64,000 nucleotides of DNA from Sandaracinaceae bacterium (lineage in GTDB: Bacteria; Myxococcota_A; Polyangia; Polyangiales; Sandaracinaceae), in the NCBI GenBank assembly GCA_045106715.1, contig JBGCFC010000009.1, positions 128,001 through 192,000 on the forward strand, written 5' to 3'. How positions within the stretch are numbered: the stretch's first letter is position 1; every line of letters starts with the position of its first letter. Under the pieces are notes generated by a model. The model was not told the origin of the DNA. It ran no database searches and saw only the letters and a program-made list of their open reading frames with translations. This document shows positions 35,491 to 47,659 of this stretch, in pieces. Made by a program: the position numbers and the translations under genes.

Positions 35491-36570
35491 TCAGTGGCCC
35501 TCACTCCGCAGGAACGCCACGAGGTCTGCGTAAAACTGCCGGTACTCGAAGTCGTTCCGGAACCCGGGGTTGTCCCCCAGCAGCTGGCCCACCTGGTCGA
35601 GGTGGTCGGCCGGAATGCACCCGAGGAAGCGTCCCCAACGCGCGTCGCGCACACGAATGAGCCCGTCGTTGACGATGTCCTCGCGGCCTCCGTCGACGAT
35701 CTGTTCGGCGATGTCGAGCAGCGGGTCGACCGGGTCCACGGTGCGCATGTACCGCGATACGAACGGCGGGATGTCGGTGGCTTCGCAGTCGGCGCCGCCG
35801 AGCTCCCGGTCGGTGCGCCCGGTGACGGAGTAGTAGGACACGGAAGGGTCGTTCGGGTAGGCCGCGTTGAAGGCCTCCATCCCGGGGGTGCTCATCTGCT
35901 CGAGCGCGCGGAACAGGCTCGTCTCTTCGCCGGTCGCATCCCAAATGGGCGCGCCGAAGAGCCGCACGAGCTGGTCCACCAAGCCTCGGAAGCGGCCGTC
36001 CTCGACCAGGCCTACGACCACGTCGGCGATGGGCGTGCCCCGGTTCGGGCTGGCGAACGTCGTCGCGCTGGCGACCCACTCGGGATGCGTGGCTGCGACG
36101 TAGCGGACATCGAGCCCCCCTTGGGAGTGGCCGATGAGGTTGACCCGCGGTGCGCCGGTCTCCGCGAGGATGGCTTCGACCGCATCGGCAAGTTGCTCCC
36201 CTCGCGTGACCGAGTCGTTGAAGGGGTCGACCGTCGGCGTGAACACCTCCGCCTCCCCGCGCGCTGCGAGCTCCTCACGCACCTCATAGAAGTAGGTGAC
36301 AAAGCCGACGCCCGCGAAGTCATCGAAGCCGAAGAACCCATGCGCCAGCACGATCGGGTACGGGGCTCCGCGCACCGGGCCCGCGTCGACGCTCGGGCCT
36401 GCGTCCGGAAGCCGAATCACGCCCGCGTCTCGCGTCGGCGCCGCATCGTCTGCGACGTCTCCGTCCCGACGGCTTGCGTCCTGACGGCCACCGTCCGGCT
36501 CGGCCATCGACCCGCCGCACCCAGCCAGGACGGCGGCGAGGCTCAGGGCGAAGATGGCGCGGGTGTGCAC
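35491..36570 (-). CDS. Secreted alpha/beta-hydrolase lipase/esterase lipoprotein
   Basis: Nucleophile elbow 'LIGHSQGG'. 'PIVLAHGFFGF'. Signal/lipobox 'HTRAIFALSLAAVLAGCGG'. A GTG start at 36570 is preferred; the track's start at 36615 would overlap the SDR gene. Confidence 0.7.
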   Translation of the reverse strand: MHTRAIFALSLAAVLAGCGGSMAEPDGGRQDASRRDGDVADDAAPTRDAGVIRLPDAGPSVDAGPVRGAPYPIVLAHGFFGFDDFAGVGFVTYFYEVREELAARGEAEVFTPTVDPFNDSVTRGEQLADAVEAILAETGAPRVNLIGHSQGGLDVRYVAATHPEWVASATTFASPNRGTPIADVVVGLVEDGRFRGLVDQLVRLFGAPIWDATGEETSLFRALEQMSTPGMEAFNAAYPNDPSVSYYSVTGRTDRELGGADCEATDIPPFVSRYMRTVDPVDPLLDIAEQIVDGGREDIVNDGLIRVRDARWGRFLGCIPADHLDQVGQLLGDNPGFRNDFEYRQFYADLVAFLRSEGH

Positions 36571-36601
36571 GCGGAGAATGTACACGCGCGCCGGCTGGAG
36601 T

Positions 36602-37519
36602 TCATGCCGGAGCAAACTTCGGATCGACGCCGGTCAGGCGCACCGACGCATCCCAGACCTTCTGCGCCAGCTGCGGGTCATGGCTCTTGCGGGTCGAGCG
36701 CACGCGTCGCGCGGGGCCGGCCAGTTCTGCAAAGCCGGCGGGCCCGAAGTACTCGCCGCTCCGCACGTCGTCCCCGGTCGCGGCGAGCAGGGTGGGCCAG
36801 GCGCCGGCTTCGGCGGAGTTCAGAAAGGGCCGGACGAGCGGGATGAGCCGTCCCGCCGAAGGAAAGTAGCGCGGGAGCTCCGTGTCGGAGCCGCCGGGGT
36901 GCGCCGCGACGGAAAGGGTGTCGTATCCCGCCCGGCGGAACCGGCGGTCGAGCTCGTACGTGTGCAGCAGGTTGGCGAGCTTCGACAGCGCGTACTGCGT
37001 CATCGCGCTGTACCCGTTCTCCGCGTTGAGGGCCTGCAGGTTCACGCGAGCGGCGCGATGCGCGGTGCTGCTGGTGTTGACGATGCGCGCGCCGGGGGTC
37101 TTCGTGAGCATCGGCAGCAGCAGCCCGGTCAGCGCGAACGGGCCCAGGTGGTTGACCCCGAACTGCGACTCGAAGCCGTCCCGGGTCTGCTGGTATGGCG
37201 GGGCCATCAGGCCTGCGTTGTTGATCAGCCGATCCAGCTTCGGCTCGCCGCCGACCTGTGCGGCCGCGCGTTTCACGGAGGACAAGTCAGCCAGGTCGAG
37301 CGAGACGATGCCGACGTCCGCGTCGGGTGCGGTCAGGCGAATGCGCGCGGCCGCGGCGTTGGCCTTGTCGACCGAGCGGCAGCCGAGCAGCACCCGTGCG
37401 CCGCGCTCGGCGAGCACGCGCGCGACGTGAAAGCCAATCCCCGTGTTCGCCCCCGTGACCAGCGCGATCCGGCCCGCCTGGGACGGCACATCAACTTCCG
37501 TGAACCCCTTCTTCGACAT
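36602..37519 (-). CDS. SDR family oxidoreductase (retinol-dehydrogenase-like)
   Basis: 'IALVTGANTGIGFHVARVLAERGARV', 'NNAG' and the catalytic 'YALSKLAN' motif. The start is taken at 'MSKKGF'. Confidence 0.8.
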   Translation of the reverse strand: MSKKGFTEVDVPSQAGRIALVTGANTGIGFHVARVLAERGARVLLGCRSVDKANAAAARIRLTAPDADVGIVSLDLADLSSVKRAAAQVGGEPKLDRLINNAGLMAPPYQQTRDGFESQFGVNHLGPFALTGLLLPMLTKTPGARIVNTSSTAHRAARVNLQALNAENGYSAMTQYALSKLANLLHTYELDRRFRRAGYDTLSVAAHPGGSDTELPRYFPSAGRLIPLVRPFLNSAEAGAWPTLLAATGDDVRSGEYFGPAGFAELAGPARRVRSTRKSHDPQLAQKVWDASVRLTGVDPKFAPA

Positions 37520-37524
37520 CTTCC

Positions 37525-39018
37525 TCAGGCTCCTCCGGGGGGAGGCAAGTCCATCTCGGCCTCCCGCGCCAGCCGAGCGAGGTCCCAGTACGCGGGACGC
37601 CGGCCGTGAACCCGCTCGAACTCCTCGATGCGAGGCAGCAACCCGTCTCGGATCCGCCCGTGGCGCTCCTGCAGCCACGCCACCCGCAGCCCCGTCGTGG
37701 CGGACATGCCTTCGGGGATGGGCCCGACTTCGCCGAAGAGGTTGAGCACGAGGCTGTAGGCTTTGGCCAGCCGCGCGAGCGGGAGCTGCGCGCCGTTGTA
37801 CTGGACCTCGTCGCCGGTCTCCGCCCCGGCCAACATCGCGTCGATGATCGCGTTGTCGACGTGGTCGTCGAAGAGCGTGTCGGGGTCGCGGTACTCGGCC
37901 ACGACCTGGAGGTGGGCGTCGTACTCGAGGTCGCTCGGCCCGTGGGTCTCGAAGTGGCGCACGCCAAACGCGCTCAACCAGCGCGTCAGTCCGGGACTGG
38001 AGAAGCTGGAGAGTCCACGCCAGAGCAACACGCCGCGGCCGCGGTAGGCGGCGGACGCGACCTCCGAGCAGAACTGCGCCGACGGATCGGCCGTGTCCAT
38101 GGCGAAGTCGTACGGGATGTGAGCGGCGCGGGCGGCATGCAACGCGTCTTCGGCCGCGTGGTGGGCGAGCAGCGGATCGTCTTCGAGTGCGGGGTCGTCC
38201 GGCCGGAGACGCATGACCATGATCCGGAGCTTCGGGTCGGCCAAGTAGGTCGCGCCGTCCGTGGTGCCCACGCCGCTCTCGATGTGGGACTCGATGACGG
38301 TCGCCTCGCCGGACGCGTCGACGTGCAGCAGCGCCACGTGGGAGAAGTTGCCGGGGAAGTCGTTGCCGCGCGCGATCATCGCGCTCGTGGGCGCCCCGCC
38401 GCGGGAGACCAGAATGTCGCCGCTGTGCAGCGTGACCCCGCGGATCTCTGTCGATGGCGCCGACGACGGCACGTCGCTACCCGCCATCACCACCAGCGAC
38501 TCGCGCTGGCGCACACGCTGTGGAAGCTGAAGCAGCAGCTCCTCGAGCGCGGCGCGGCTTCCGTAGAGGAGCCGGTACAGCGTGTGGCGAGTCGCGCGAT
38601 CCGTCGGGTCCCAGTGCACACGCGCGCGCTCCACCACCGCCCGAAGACGCACGATCCGCGCCGCCAGATCGTCGATCCGCGCAGGGCAGGCCCCCGTGAG
38701 CGGAGCCACCTCGAACAGCTGACCTTCCACCGTGCGCCAGAGCGCGTCGCTGGGCGGTGGAGCGGCGGCATCGAGCGTGTCGAGGGTGGAGTCCAGGCCT
38801 TCGAGCCCCGCGTCGATCGCCGCCGTTCCGTCCTCGCAGCCCCGCGCGCTCGCGTCCTCGAAGCGCGCCTCCAGCTGCGTCCAGAGGTCGTCCTGCCCCC
38901 AGACGAACGGATCGCGCCCCGGAGTCGGGCCCACCGAGGCGTCGCGCTCGGGCGTGAGCAAGGCCGCAAGCAGCGCGAGCAATCCGAACCCGGCCCCAGC
39001 CAAACGACGTCGTCGCAT
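37525..39018 (-). CDS. Secreted YiiX/DUF830-like permuted papain-fold (NlpC/P60 superfamily) protein
   Basis: Signal 'MRRRRLAGAGFGLLALLAALL'. 'LHSGDILVSRGGAPTSAMIARGNDFPGNFSHVALLHVD' resembles the YiiX family core. Confidence 0.5.
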   Translation of the reverse strand: MRRRRLAGAGFGLLALLAALLTPERDASVGPTPGRDPFVWGQDDLWTQLEARFEDASARGCEDGTAAIDAGLEGLDSTLDTLDAAAPPPSDALWRTVEGQLFEVAPLTGACPARIDDLAARIVRLRAVVERARVHWDPTDRATRHTLYRLLYGSRAALEELLLQLPQRVRQRESLVVMAGSDVPSSAPSTEIRGVTLHSGDILVSRGGAPTSAMIARGNDFPGNFSHVALLHVDASGEATVIESHIESGVGTTDGATYLADPKLRIMVMRLRPDDPALEDDPLLAHHAAEDALHAARAAHIPYDFAMDTADPSAQFCSEVASAAYRGRGVLLWRGLSSFSSPGLTRWLSAFGVRHFETHGPSDLEYDAHLQVVAEYRDPDTLFDDHVDNAIIDAMLAGAETGDEVQYNGAQLPLARLAKAYSLVLNLFGEVGPIPEGMSATTGLRVAWLQERHGRIRDGLLPRIEEFERVHGRRPAYWDLARLAREAEMDLPPPGGA

Positions 39019-39173
39019 CTCCGGACCCTACCAGGCCTCATGAGACGCAGGCGCGGGGCCCATGCGACCGCGCTGTTCCCCACGAGCCCCGTCGGCGATC
39101 GGTCCAGACGCGCGGACCTTTTCGTGCCCGGGGACTCGCGGCGCCGTCCGGAATCCCCGACCATGAGCCGGCA

Positions 39174-40031
39174 ATGCGTGCCGCGCTCACCGTCGTCTTG
39201 CTCGTGGCCCTCCCCGTCGGGGCATCCGCGCAGGACACCCGCTTGCAGTGGAGCGACGATTGGGCGCGTGTGCACCCGGTGTCGTACGTCGCCGCGCCCA
39301 CGTTGGGTGTCGGCTCGTTCCTCTTTGGCCTGCTCTACGAACCCGATGACGAGGCCCGCGTCACCGGCCCGTTCCTGTTTGACGCCGAGGTGCGAACGCG
39401 GCTTGCGGCCAGCAGCGAGACGGGGCGAGAGACGGCGGCCGCGTTGTCCGATGTGCTGCTCGGTGCCCTCGTGCTCTGGCCGTTCGTGGACTCGATCGGC
39501 GTCGTGGGGTTGGGCGACGAGAATTCCGATGTGTTCCTCCAACTGTCGCTGATCGCGGTCGAAGCCATGGCGGCGGACTATTTCTTATCAACGGCCATCA
39601 AGCTGCTCGTCCATCGTGAGCGGCCCCACGCAGACCGATGCTCCGTCGCCGACCGCGCTGCCCATCCAGAGCGATGCGGAACGCGGGGACGGACACGCAG
39701 TTTCTACAGCGGTCACGCGTCTGCAGCCTTCAACGCGGCGGGCGTGGTGTGCCTCTCACACGGTTTCCTGCCGCTCTACGACAGTCCCGCGGCGGACTCG
39801 TTCGCGTGCGGTGTGGCATTGGCGGCCGCGTCCATCGTCGGTGTTCTTCGCGTCGTTGCGGATCGCCACCATGCGAGCGACGTGCTGGCGGGGGCGGTGA
39901 TGGGACTCGCCACCGGGTTGCTGATGCCATGGCTGCTCCACTACGGGCTCGACCCGGAACCGGACGAGCCGGGTCGCCGAACGGATGGAATTCGTGTTAT
40001 GCATATCCCGCTCGCAGGAGGTCGGTTCTGA
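39174..40031 (+). CDS. PAP2 family phosphatase (phosphatidic acid phosphatase type 2 / haloperoxidase fold)
   Basis: All three PAP2 motifs are present: 'KLLVHRERP', 'FYSGHAS' and 'RVVADRHHASDV'. There is a signal peptide and there are TM helices. Confidence 0.85.
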   Translation: MRAALTVVLLVALPVGASAQDTRLQWSDDWARVHPVSYVAAPTLGVGSFLFGLLYEPDDEARVTGPFLFDAEVRTRLAASSETGRETAAALSDVLLGALVLWPFVDSIGVVGLGDENSDVFLQLSLIAVEAMAADYFLSTAIKLLVHRERPHADRCSVADRAAHPERCGTRGRTRSFYSGHASAAFNAAGVVCLSHGFLPLYDSPAADSFACGVALAAASIVGVLRVVADRHHASDVLAGAVMGLATGLLMPWLLHYGLDPEPDEPGRRTDGIRVMHIPLAGGRF

Positions 40032-40158
40032 CGCGCATGCTCGAAGGGTCGATGCGCCGTGACGTTCGATTGGATCCTCTCGATTCAGGGTTAAGCCCGC
40101 TCTGTCTCGCATCGAAACACCCGGCGCCGTTCATCGTTCGATTCCTGGGCTGGCGTGA

Positions 40159-40710
40159 TTGGCACGTTGTTCGCTAGGTTGTAACGGCGTGGCAGCTCAG
40201 AAAATTCGCACGAAAGTGCTCCTGGTCGACGACGAAGCACTGCCTCGTCGCGCCGTTGCCCGCGTTCTGCGCGCCCGTCTCGGCGTTTGCGTCGAGCAGC
40301 GCCCGGGCGGTAGAGAGGCGCTCGCCGCGCTGGAGGACGACTCGTTCGCGGTCGCGATCATCGACCTGGACATGCCCGGGATGGACGGGATGGAGCTGCT
40401 CCGACGGCTTCGGCAGCGGCTCCCCACGCTGCCCGTGATCGTGTGGTCGGCGCGTGACGTGACCCTCGAGAGCGAGGGGCTGTCGCGGGCCACGGCCGTG
40501 GTGTCCAAGATGGCTGGGACCGACCGGCTGCTAGCGGCGATCGGCGAGTACCTGCCGGCTGGAGAGCTGCAGTCCGGCACGCATCTCCGCGCGGGGCGCC
40601 TGCAGACTCACCTCGCGGAGCAGAGTCGGCGAGTGGTGGGCCTGGATACGGCCGGGACGCGGGGCCACCCTGCGGACAGGCTCACCCCGGTGCCGGACGA
40701 GTCCGAGTAG
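40159..40710 (+). CDS. Response regulator receiver protein
   Basis: 'KVLLVDDEALPRRAVARVL...AIIDLDMPGMDGMELLRRL...VIVWSA'. Exact start is uncertain. Confidence 0.7.
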   Translation: MARCSLGCNGVAAQKIRTKVLLVDDEALPRRAVARVLRARLGVCVEQRPGGREALAALEDDSFAVAIIDLDMPGMDGMELLRRLRQRLPTLPVIVWSARDVTLESEGLSRATAVVSKMAGTDRLLAAIGEYLPAGELQSGTHLRAGRLQTHLAEQSRRVVGLDTAGTRGHPADRLTPVPDESE

Positions 40711-40787
40711 CGCAGCATTCCCTTCGCCCCACCTGCGGGCACACAGCGGCGGCTCTCGCTTCGTTCCCTTATCGGCCCTCTTCTTCG

Positions 40788-40822
40788 CTCCCACGTCGGC
40801 GCCGGGTGCCCTCACGTGGGAG
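40788..40822. terminator. Hairpin between the convergent response-regulator gene and gyrB
   Basis: CTCCCACGT-N17-ACGTGGGAG is a perfect 9-bp inverted repeat. Confidence 0.3.
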
Positions 40823-40863
40823 GCGGGGAACAGGCGACGAAGGTAGACGACTTCATTCGAGAT

Positions 40864-43437
<2,574 letters not shown>

Positions 43438-43554
43438 TCACGGAGGGGCTCCTCCGGTCCGCGGGCGCGCCGTGAACGAACGCAGCAGCATAGCGTTGTC
43501 AGGTCTCACCGGCAACCGCTTTGGTCGCCATGAAAAGGCTGTGATTTCAGTCGC

Positions 43555-44190
43555 TTAGGGCTCTTCGCTCACGGCTGCTCCGTCGTCGTAGCTCCGCAGG
43601 GTCGCCCGGGTCGACACGGTCCGCATCGTCAGCTCGGTGGAGAGCGACGATTCCATGATCACCGGGCCAATCTCGGGGCAGTACACGGTGCGGATCGTGC
43701 GCCCCGCTTCGTCCCCGGTCTCGGTCACCTCGAGGCAGTGCTCGTACGTCCCGGCGAAGACCTCCGCGGTGGCATCGGCGTCCGTGATCCGCGCGGTCCG
43801 TCCGCCGATCGAGCTCCACTCGGCGCCCGCTTCGATGGGCCGACGCAGCAGCCAACCGTCCGACGCGACGTGGCGGATGCCCTCCGGCACGACCTCGTAG
43901 CCCATGGGGTCGCCGTGGCTGACCTGTCCATTGCGGTCCATCCCGCGGTTGTTGGCGATCTGCGCGGTGGCGCCCTCCCGCTCGATGACCTCGAAGATGC
44001 CGAGGGTGGGGGGCTCTCCTCCGCCCGTGTCCACGTCGTAGACCCACTGGGCGTTGGCGCGCATCGGGTAGAAGACGGCGGGGTCGGTGCGGTCGATCGG
44101 GACCTCCGCGACCTCGGGCGTGGCCGGACCACACGCGGGCAGAGACAAGAGGCAGGTGGCGAGGAGCAATCGGACGCGGAGAGTGGTCAT
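43555..44190 (-). CDS. Hypothetical lipoprotein
   Basis: Signal/lipobox 'MTTLRVRLLLATCLLSLPACG'. Confidence 0.5.
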   Translation of the reverse strand: MTTLRVRLLLATCLLSLPACGPATPEVAEVPIDRTDPAVFYPMRANAQWVYDVDTGGGEPPTLGIFEVIEREGATAQIANNRGMDRNGQVSHGDPMGYEVVPEGIRHVASDGWLLRRPIEAGAEWSSIGGRTARITDADATAEVFAGTYEHCLEVTETGDEAGRTIRTVYCPEIGPVIMESSLSTELTMRTVSTRATLRSYDDGAAVSEEP

Positions 44191-44236
44191 GGTGTGTCAG
44201 CGATCAGACGCGCGCGGGGGGCGAAGGGTTCACGGA

Positions 44237-44674
44237 TCACAGGATCCAGACGTACATGATGGCCACCACCACAGCGGCGCAGCAGCTGAGCACCACGACT
44301 TGGATGGGGTCGATCTCCACACGCTTTCGCAGCGCCTGGGCCGCGGAGGCGACCTCCGGGCCGGCGGTGTCCTCGAGCCCCCGCGCGATCGCGCGGACCG
44401 CCCCATAGTCGCCGACCTCGAAGCTTCGGTAGGCGGCCCGCAGCCGGTCGCCTTCCGGAGTTCCCTCGCCCGGGAGATCCGGCTCACCCGGGCTCGCCGC
44501 GTCGGAATCGTCGTCCGCGTGGGTCGCTGATTCGTCGGACTCCGCGGCTTCCGCGGACTTGGCGCGGCGCTTCTTCTTCTTCCGCTTCTTGCGTGGCCGC
44601 GGACGGGGCGTCTCCGCCTCCTCCTCTTCGCCCGACTCTTCGGGGGGCGTTTCCGCTTCGCTCGGCTCGCTCAT
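44237..44674 (-). CDS. Hypothetical tail-anchored protein with acidic and poly-Lys/Arg low-complexity N-region
   Basis: 'EESGEEEEAETPRPRPRKKRKKKKRRAKS' followed by the C-terminal TM 'VVVLSCCAAVVVAIMYVWIL'. Confidence 0.4.
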   Translation of the reverse strand: MSEPSEAETPPEESGEEEEAETPRPRPRKKRKKKKRRAKSAEAAESDESATHADDDSDAASPGEPDLPGEGTPEGDRLRAAYRSFEVGDYGAVRAIARGLEDTAGPEVASAAQALRKRVEIDPIQVVVLSCCAAVVVAIMYVWIL

Positions 44675-44737
44675 CGGCGCGCAGCATACCGCTGCAGCCC
44701 CGAAGGTCTACCGCGCAGCCACGTGTGGGGACCGCAG

Positions 44738-45280
44738 CTACTGCGCAGGGACGTAGACGACACCCCCACCGGAGGCCCCAGCCGAGGCGCCGCCGCCGTA
44801 TCCGGCCGGCGCAGTGGGCGCCACACCGCCGTAGGCCCCCCCGCTCATCCACGCGCAGCCCTGAGCGTGACACTGGAGCTGCATCGTCATCTGGCGTCCG
44901 CACCCGACGGCGACCCGCACGTTCGCGTCTTGGGTCGGCTGCTGCTGAATCATCTGCTCAGGACACTGGAGCACCGGCGCCGCCGACTGGCTCACCGTGG
45001 CGATCCGACGCCACCGACACCCGCGCCACCGTCGTCGGGAGCGGCACTGCAGGAAGTACTCACGCGGTCCGTCGCACGTGTTGGCGACCCAGTGCGACTC
45101 GCCGATCCGGAGCGGCTGGACTTGCTGGCGATGGCAACGGCTGTCGCGCGCGGCGAGCCTCACCAAGTTTCGCTCGTAGCGCTGCACCATCCGCATCTCG
45201 TGCACCGGGCCTCGCCGGCGGCACCCGCTGAGCGCCGCCACGACCCCGAGCAGAATCACCCATCCCCAAGTCCATCGCAT
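44738..45280 (-). CDS. Hypothetical Cys-containing lipoprotein with Gly-rich C-terminus
   Basis: Signal/lipobox 'MRWTWGWVILLGVVAALSGC'. Confidence 0.4.
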   Translation of the reverse strand: MRWTWGWVILLGVVAALSGCRRRGPVHEMRMVQRYERNLVRLAARDSRCHRQQVQPLRIGESHWVANTCDGPREYFLQCRSRRRWRGCRWRRIATVSQSAAPVLQCPEQMIQQQPTQDANVRVAVGCGRQMTMQLQCHAQGCAWMSGGAYGGVAPTAPAGYGGGASAGASGGGVVYVPAQ

Positions 45281-45347
45281 TCCGGCATCATAGCCCTGGC
45301 CAGCGACGACTTTGAAGGCAGGGAATGCAGACCCCTCTTCGCGCTCG

Positions 45348-46766
45348 CTACGGGGTGAACAGAACCGCGACCCCGGCCGAAAACGAGAGCGCGGCCGGAA
45401 TCGCCAGGGCGGCGGTCACCTTCCACGCGCGCCGCATCGTTCTTTGGTGAAGCGCGGGCAAGTCCTCCGCCGTTCGCTTCGACAGGGGCGTGCCGTAGAC
45501 CCGACGGACCGCCCCCAACGCGCCGAACGCGCCCGGCATGAGCAGGCTGCCCAACAGAAACGCGATCGCGAGTGAAGGAAGCCCCCATGCGGGCATGCGG
45601 CGCGAGAGCCGCGCCCGCACCGTGTCATCCACGCGGACGGCGGCGCGATTGACCCACAGGTGCGAGACCGAGTCGCCCTCGAGCTCGATCGCGTAGCGGT
45701 CCGCCCTTCGAAGGACCCGCACGTGCCGCACCTCTCTGGGCGCACCCACCAGCGGACCGACGCCCCCGCCGTCCCCCGCCGTGAGCGTCGCCTGTCCGAG
45801 GTCGAGCGTGAGGGTGGTGTCGGGCACATGCACGACCGTCGTCGCGCTCACCGGGCAATCCACGAGTGCTTCGCCCGCCGCGGCCCCCGTGGCCATGGGA
45901 GACGGCCGGCTCGCGCCGAGCGCGACGAGGACGACGGCGACGACGGGCGCGGCGACCACCGCAAACAACGCCACCGCGAGCGGGCGCGGCGGCCGGCCTT
46001 CGACACGGGTCCATCGTGGGTCCGGGAGATCCGGCTGCGAACCCGCGTAGGCCGCGCTCACGAGCCCCTGCCCGAGCGGGATGGTCAGCGTGAGAAGCGG
46101 CAGCCCGAGCAGCACGCCCACCGGGGTCGCGGCGCGCTCGTACGTTCGCGCGACCCAGATCGCCGCGGCGAGCGCCGGCACGAGCGGGAGCAAGTGGGCG
46201 GCGAACGCGAGCGCGACATGGCGGAGTGGCCCCCCGCGCGAGACGAGCCATGCGCTCTCGACGGCAGCGGCGCCGGTGGTGCCCCCCCGCTCGAGCAAGA
46301 TGACGGGGGCGTAGAGGAAGGGAGAGATGTAGCCCGCCGCCATCGCGGTCGAGAGTGCGATCACCAGCGTCCGCGCCACCGCGTCCGGCCAGGGCAAGGG
46401 CCCGCTCGCTCCGTCGGCGGTGCTCACGTCGGGTCCGATGAACAGCGCCGCCACCGCGGTTGCTGCGACCACCAACCCCACGGCCGCGAGCGCGAGCAAG
46501 CCAGCCCGCAGCCAGGCGAGGCCGCGCGGCGTCGTCTCGAGCCCGAGCACCGCCAGCTGAAGCGCGAACAGCTCGCACATGAACCAAGGGGTGGCGAACA
46601 TGCCCACGCCAAACACCGTCGAGCCGATCGACAGGAGCACGGCTCCGCCGAGCGCCGCGCTTGCGATCGGATGGTCGCGCAGCACTTCCAGGCTCCTGCC
46701 CAGCAGCGCGGCTCCGATCCGGCCCCGCGTGGTGACGTCGGTCGGCAACACGGCTCCACCATACAA
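45348..46766 (-). CDS. Hypothetical polytopic membrane protein
   Basis: The 472-aa product has multiple hydrophobic helices. Its C-terminal half is soluble and ends in a terminal TM. Confidence 0.45.
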   Translation of the reverse strand: MYGGAVLPTDVTTRGRIGAALLGRSLEVLRDHPIASAALGGAVLLSIGSTVFGVGMFATPWFMCELFALQLAVLGLETTPRGLAWLRAGLLALAAVGLVVAATAVAALFIGPDVSTADGASGPLPWPDAVARTLVIALSTAMAAGYISPFLYAPVILLERGGTTGAAAVESAWLVSRGGPLRHVALAFAAHLLPLVPALAAAIWVARTYERAATPVGVLLGLPLLTLTIPLGQGLVSAAYAGSQPDLPDPRWTRVEGRPPRPLAVALFAVVAAPVVAVVLVALGASRPSPMATGAAAGEALVDCPVSATTVVHVPDTTLTLDLGQATLTAGDGGGVGPLVGAPREVRHVRVLRRADRYAIELEGDSVSHLWVNRAAVRVDDTVRARLSRRMPAWGLPSLAIAFLLGSLLMPGAFGALGAVRRVYGTPLSKRTAEDLPALHQRTMRRAWKVTAALAIPAALSFSAGVAVLFTP

Positions 46767-46817
46767 GACGTCCCGACGTCGGTGATCCTACGGCGCATCG
46801 CCTGCTATACCTCCGCG

Positions 46818-47645
46818 ATGTCCGTCTCCATCTTCGCACCTGGACTGTTCCGGGATCAGGTCGCCATCATCACCGGCGGGGGCACCGGCATCGGTCTCGC
46901 CGTGGGACACGAGCTCGGTTCACTCGGCGCCAAGATCGCCATCTGCGGACGGCGCGTCGAGCCGCTCGAGGCGGCGGTCGCCGCGCTCCGAGAGGCCGGC
47001 ATCGAGGCGCACTTCGGAACCGCCGACATCCGCGATCCCGAGTCGATCGGCGCGTATCTGGAGGGTGTCGAAGAGGCGCTCGGCGCCCCGGACATCTTGG
47101 TGAACAACGCGGGCGGGCAGTTCCCCGCGCCAGCGCAGCACATCTCCCCCAAGGGCTTCGAAGCCGTGGTGCGGAACAACCTGCTCGGCACGTGGAACTT
47201 CACGCACGCCACCGCGAACCGCTTCTTCATCCCCCAAAAGCGCGGCCGGATCGTGAACGTTGTCGCGCAGGTCGCCCGCGGCTTTCCCGGCATGGCGCAC
47301 ACCGGCGCCGCGCGCGCGGGGGTCATCAACCTGACCAAGTCGCTCGCGATCGAGTGGGCTCAGCATGGTGTCCGCGTGAACGCCGTGGCGCCCGGGGTCA
47401 TCAAGACGAGCGGCACCAAGCAGTACCCGCCGCAGCTCCTCGAGGACGCCATCAAGTCGACGCTGCTGCATCGCCTGGGCCACGAGGACGAGGTCTCCCA
47501 CCTGATCGTCTACCTCGCGTCCCGCGTCGCCGACTTCGTCACCGGCCAGACGTACTACATCGACGGAGGCCAGAGCCTCTGGGGCGACCAGTGGCCCGTG
47601 CCGTTGGACATCCCGAAGTTCCCCCCGTACCCCTTCGAGGAGTAG
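46818..47645 (+). CDS. SDR family oxidoreductase (enoyl/dienoyl-CoA-reductase-like)
   Basis: 'VAIITGGGTGIGLAV', 'NNAGG' and the catalytic 'AGVINLTKSLAIEWA' (S...K..). The ATG at 46818 is in frame. Confidence 0.8.
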   Translation: MSVSIFAPGLFRDQVAIITGGGTGIGLAVGHELGSLGAKIAICGRRVEPLEAAVAALREAGIEAHFGTADIRDPESIGAYLEGVEEALGAPDILVNNAGGQFPAPAQHISPKGFEAVVRNNLLGTWNFTHATANRFFIPQKRGRIVNVVAQVARGFPGMAHTGAARAGVINLTKSLAIEWAQHGVRVNAVAPGVIKTSGTKQYPPQLLEDAIKSTLLHRLGHEDEVSHLIVYLASRVADFVTGQTYYIDGGQSLWGDQWPVPLDIPKFPPYPFEE

Positions 47646-47659
47646 TCAGCCCGGTAGGG

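Noticed and set aside
35407-36846. 479-aa plus-strand ORF
   Set aside because: It is antisense to the lipase and SDR genes, with R-rich low-complexity translation and no motifs.
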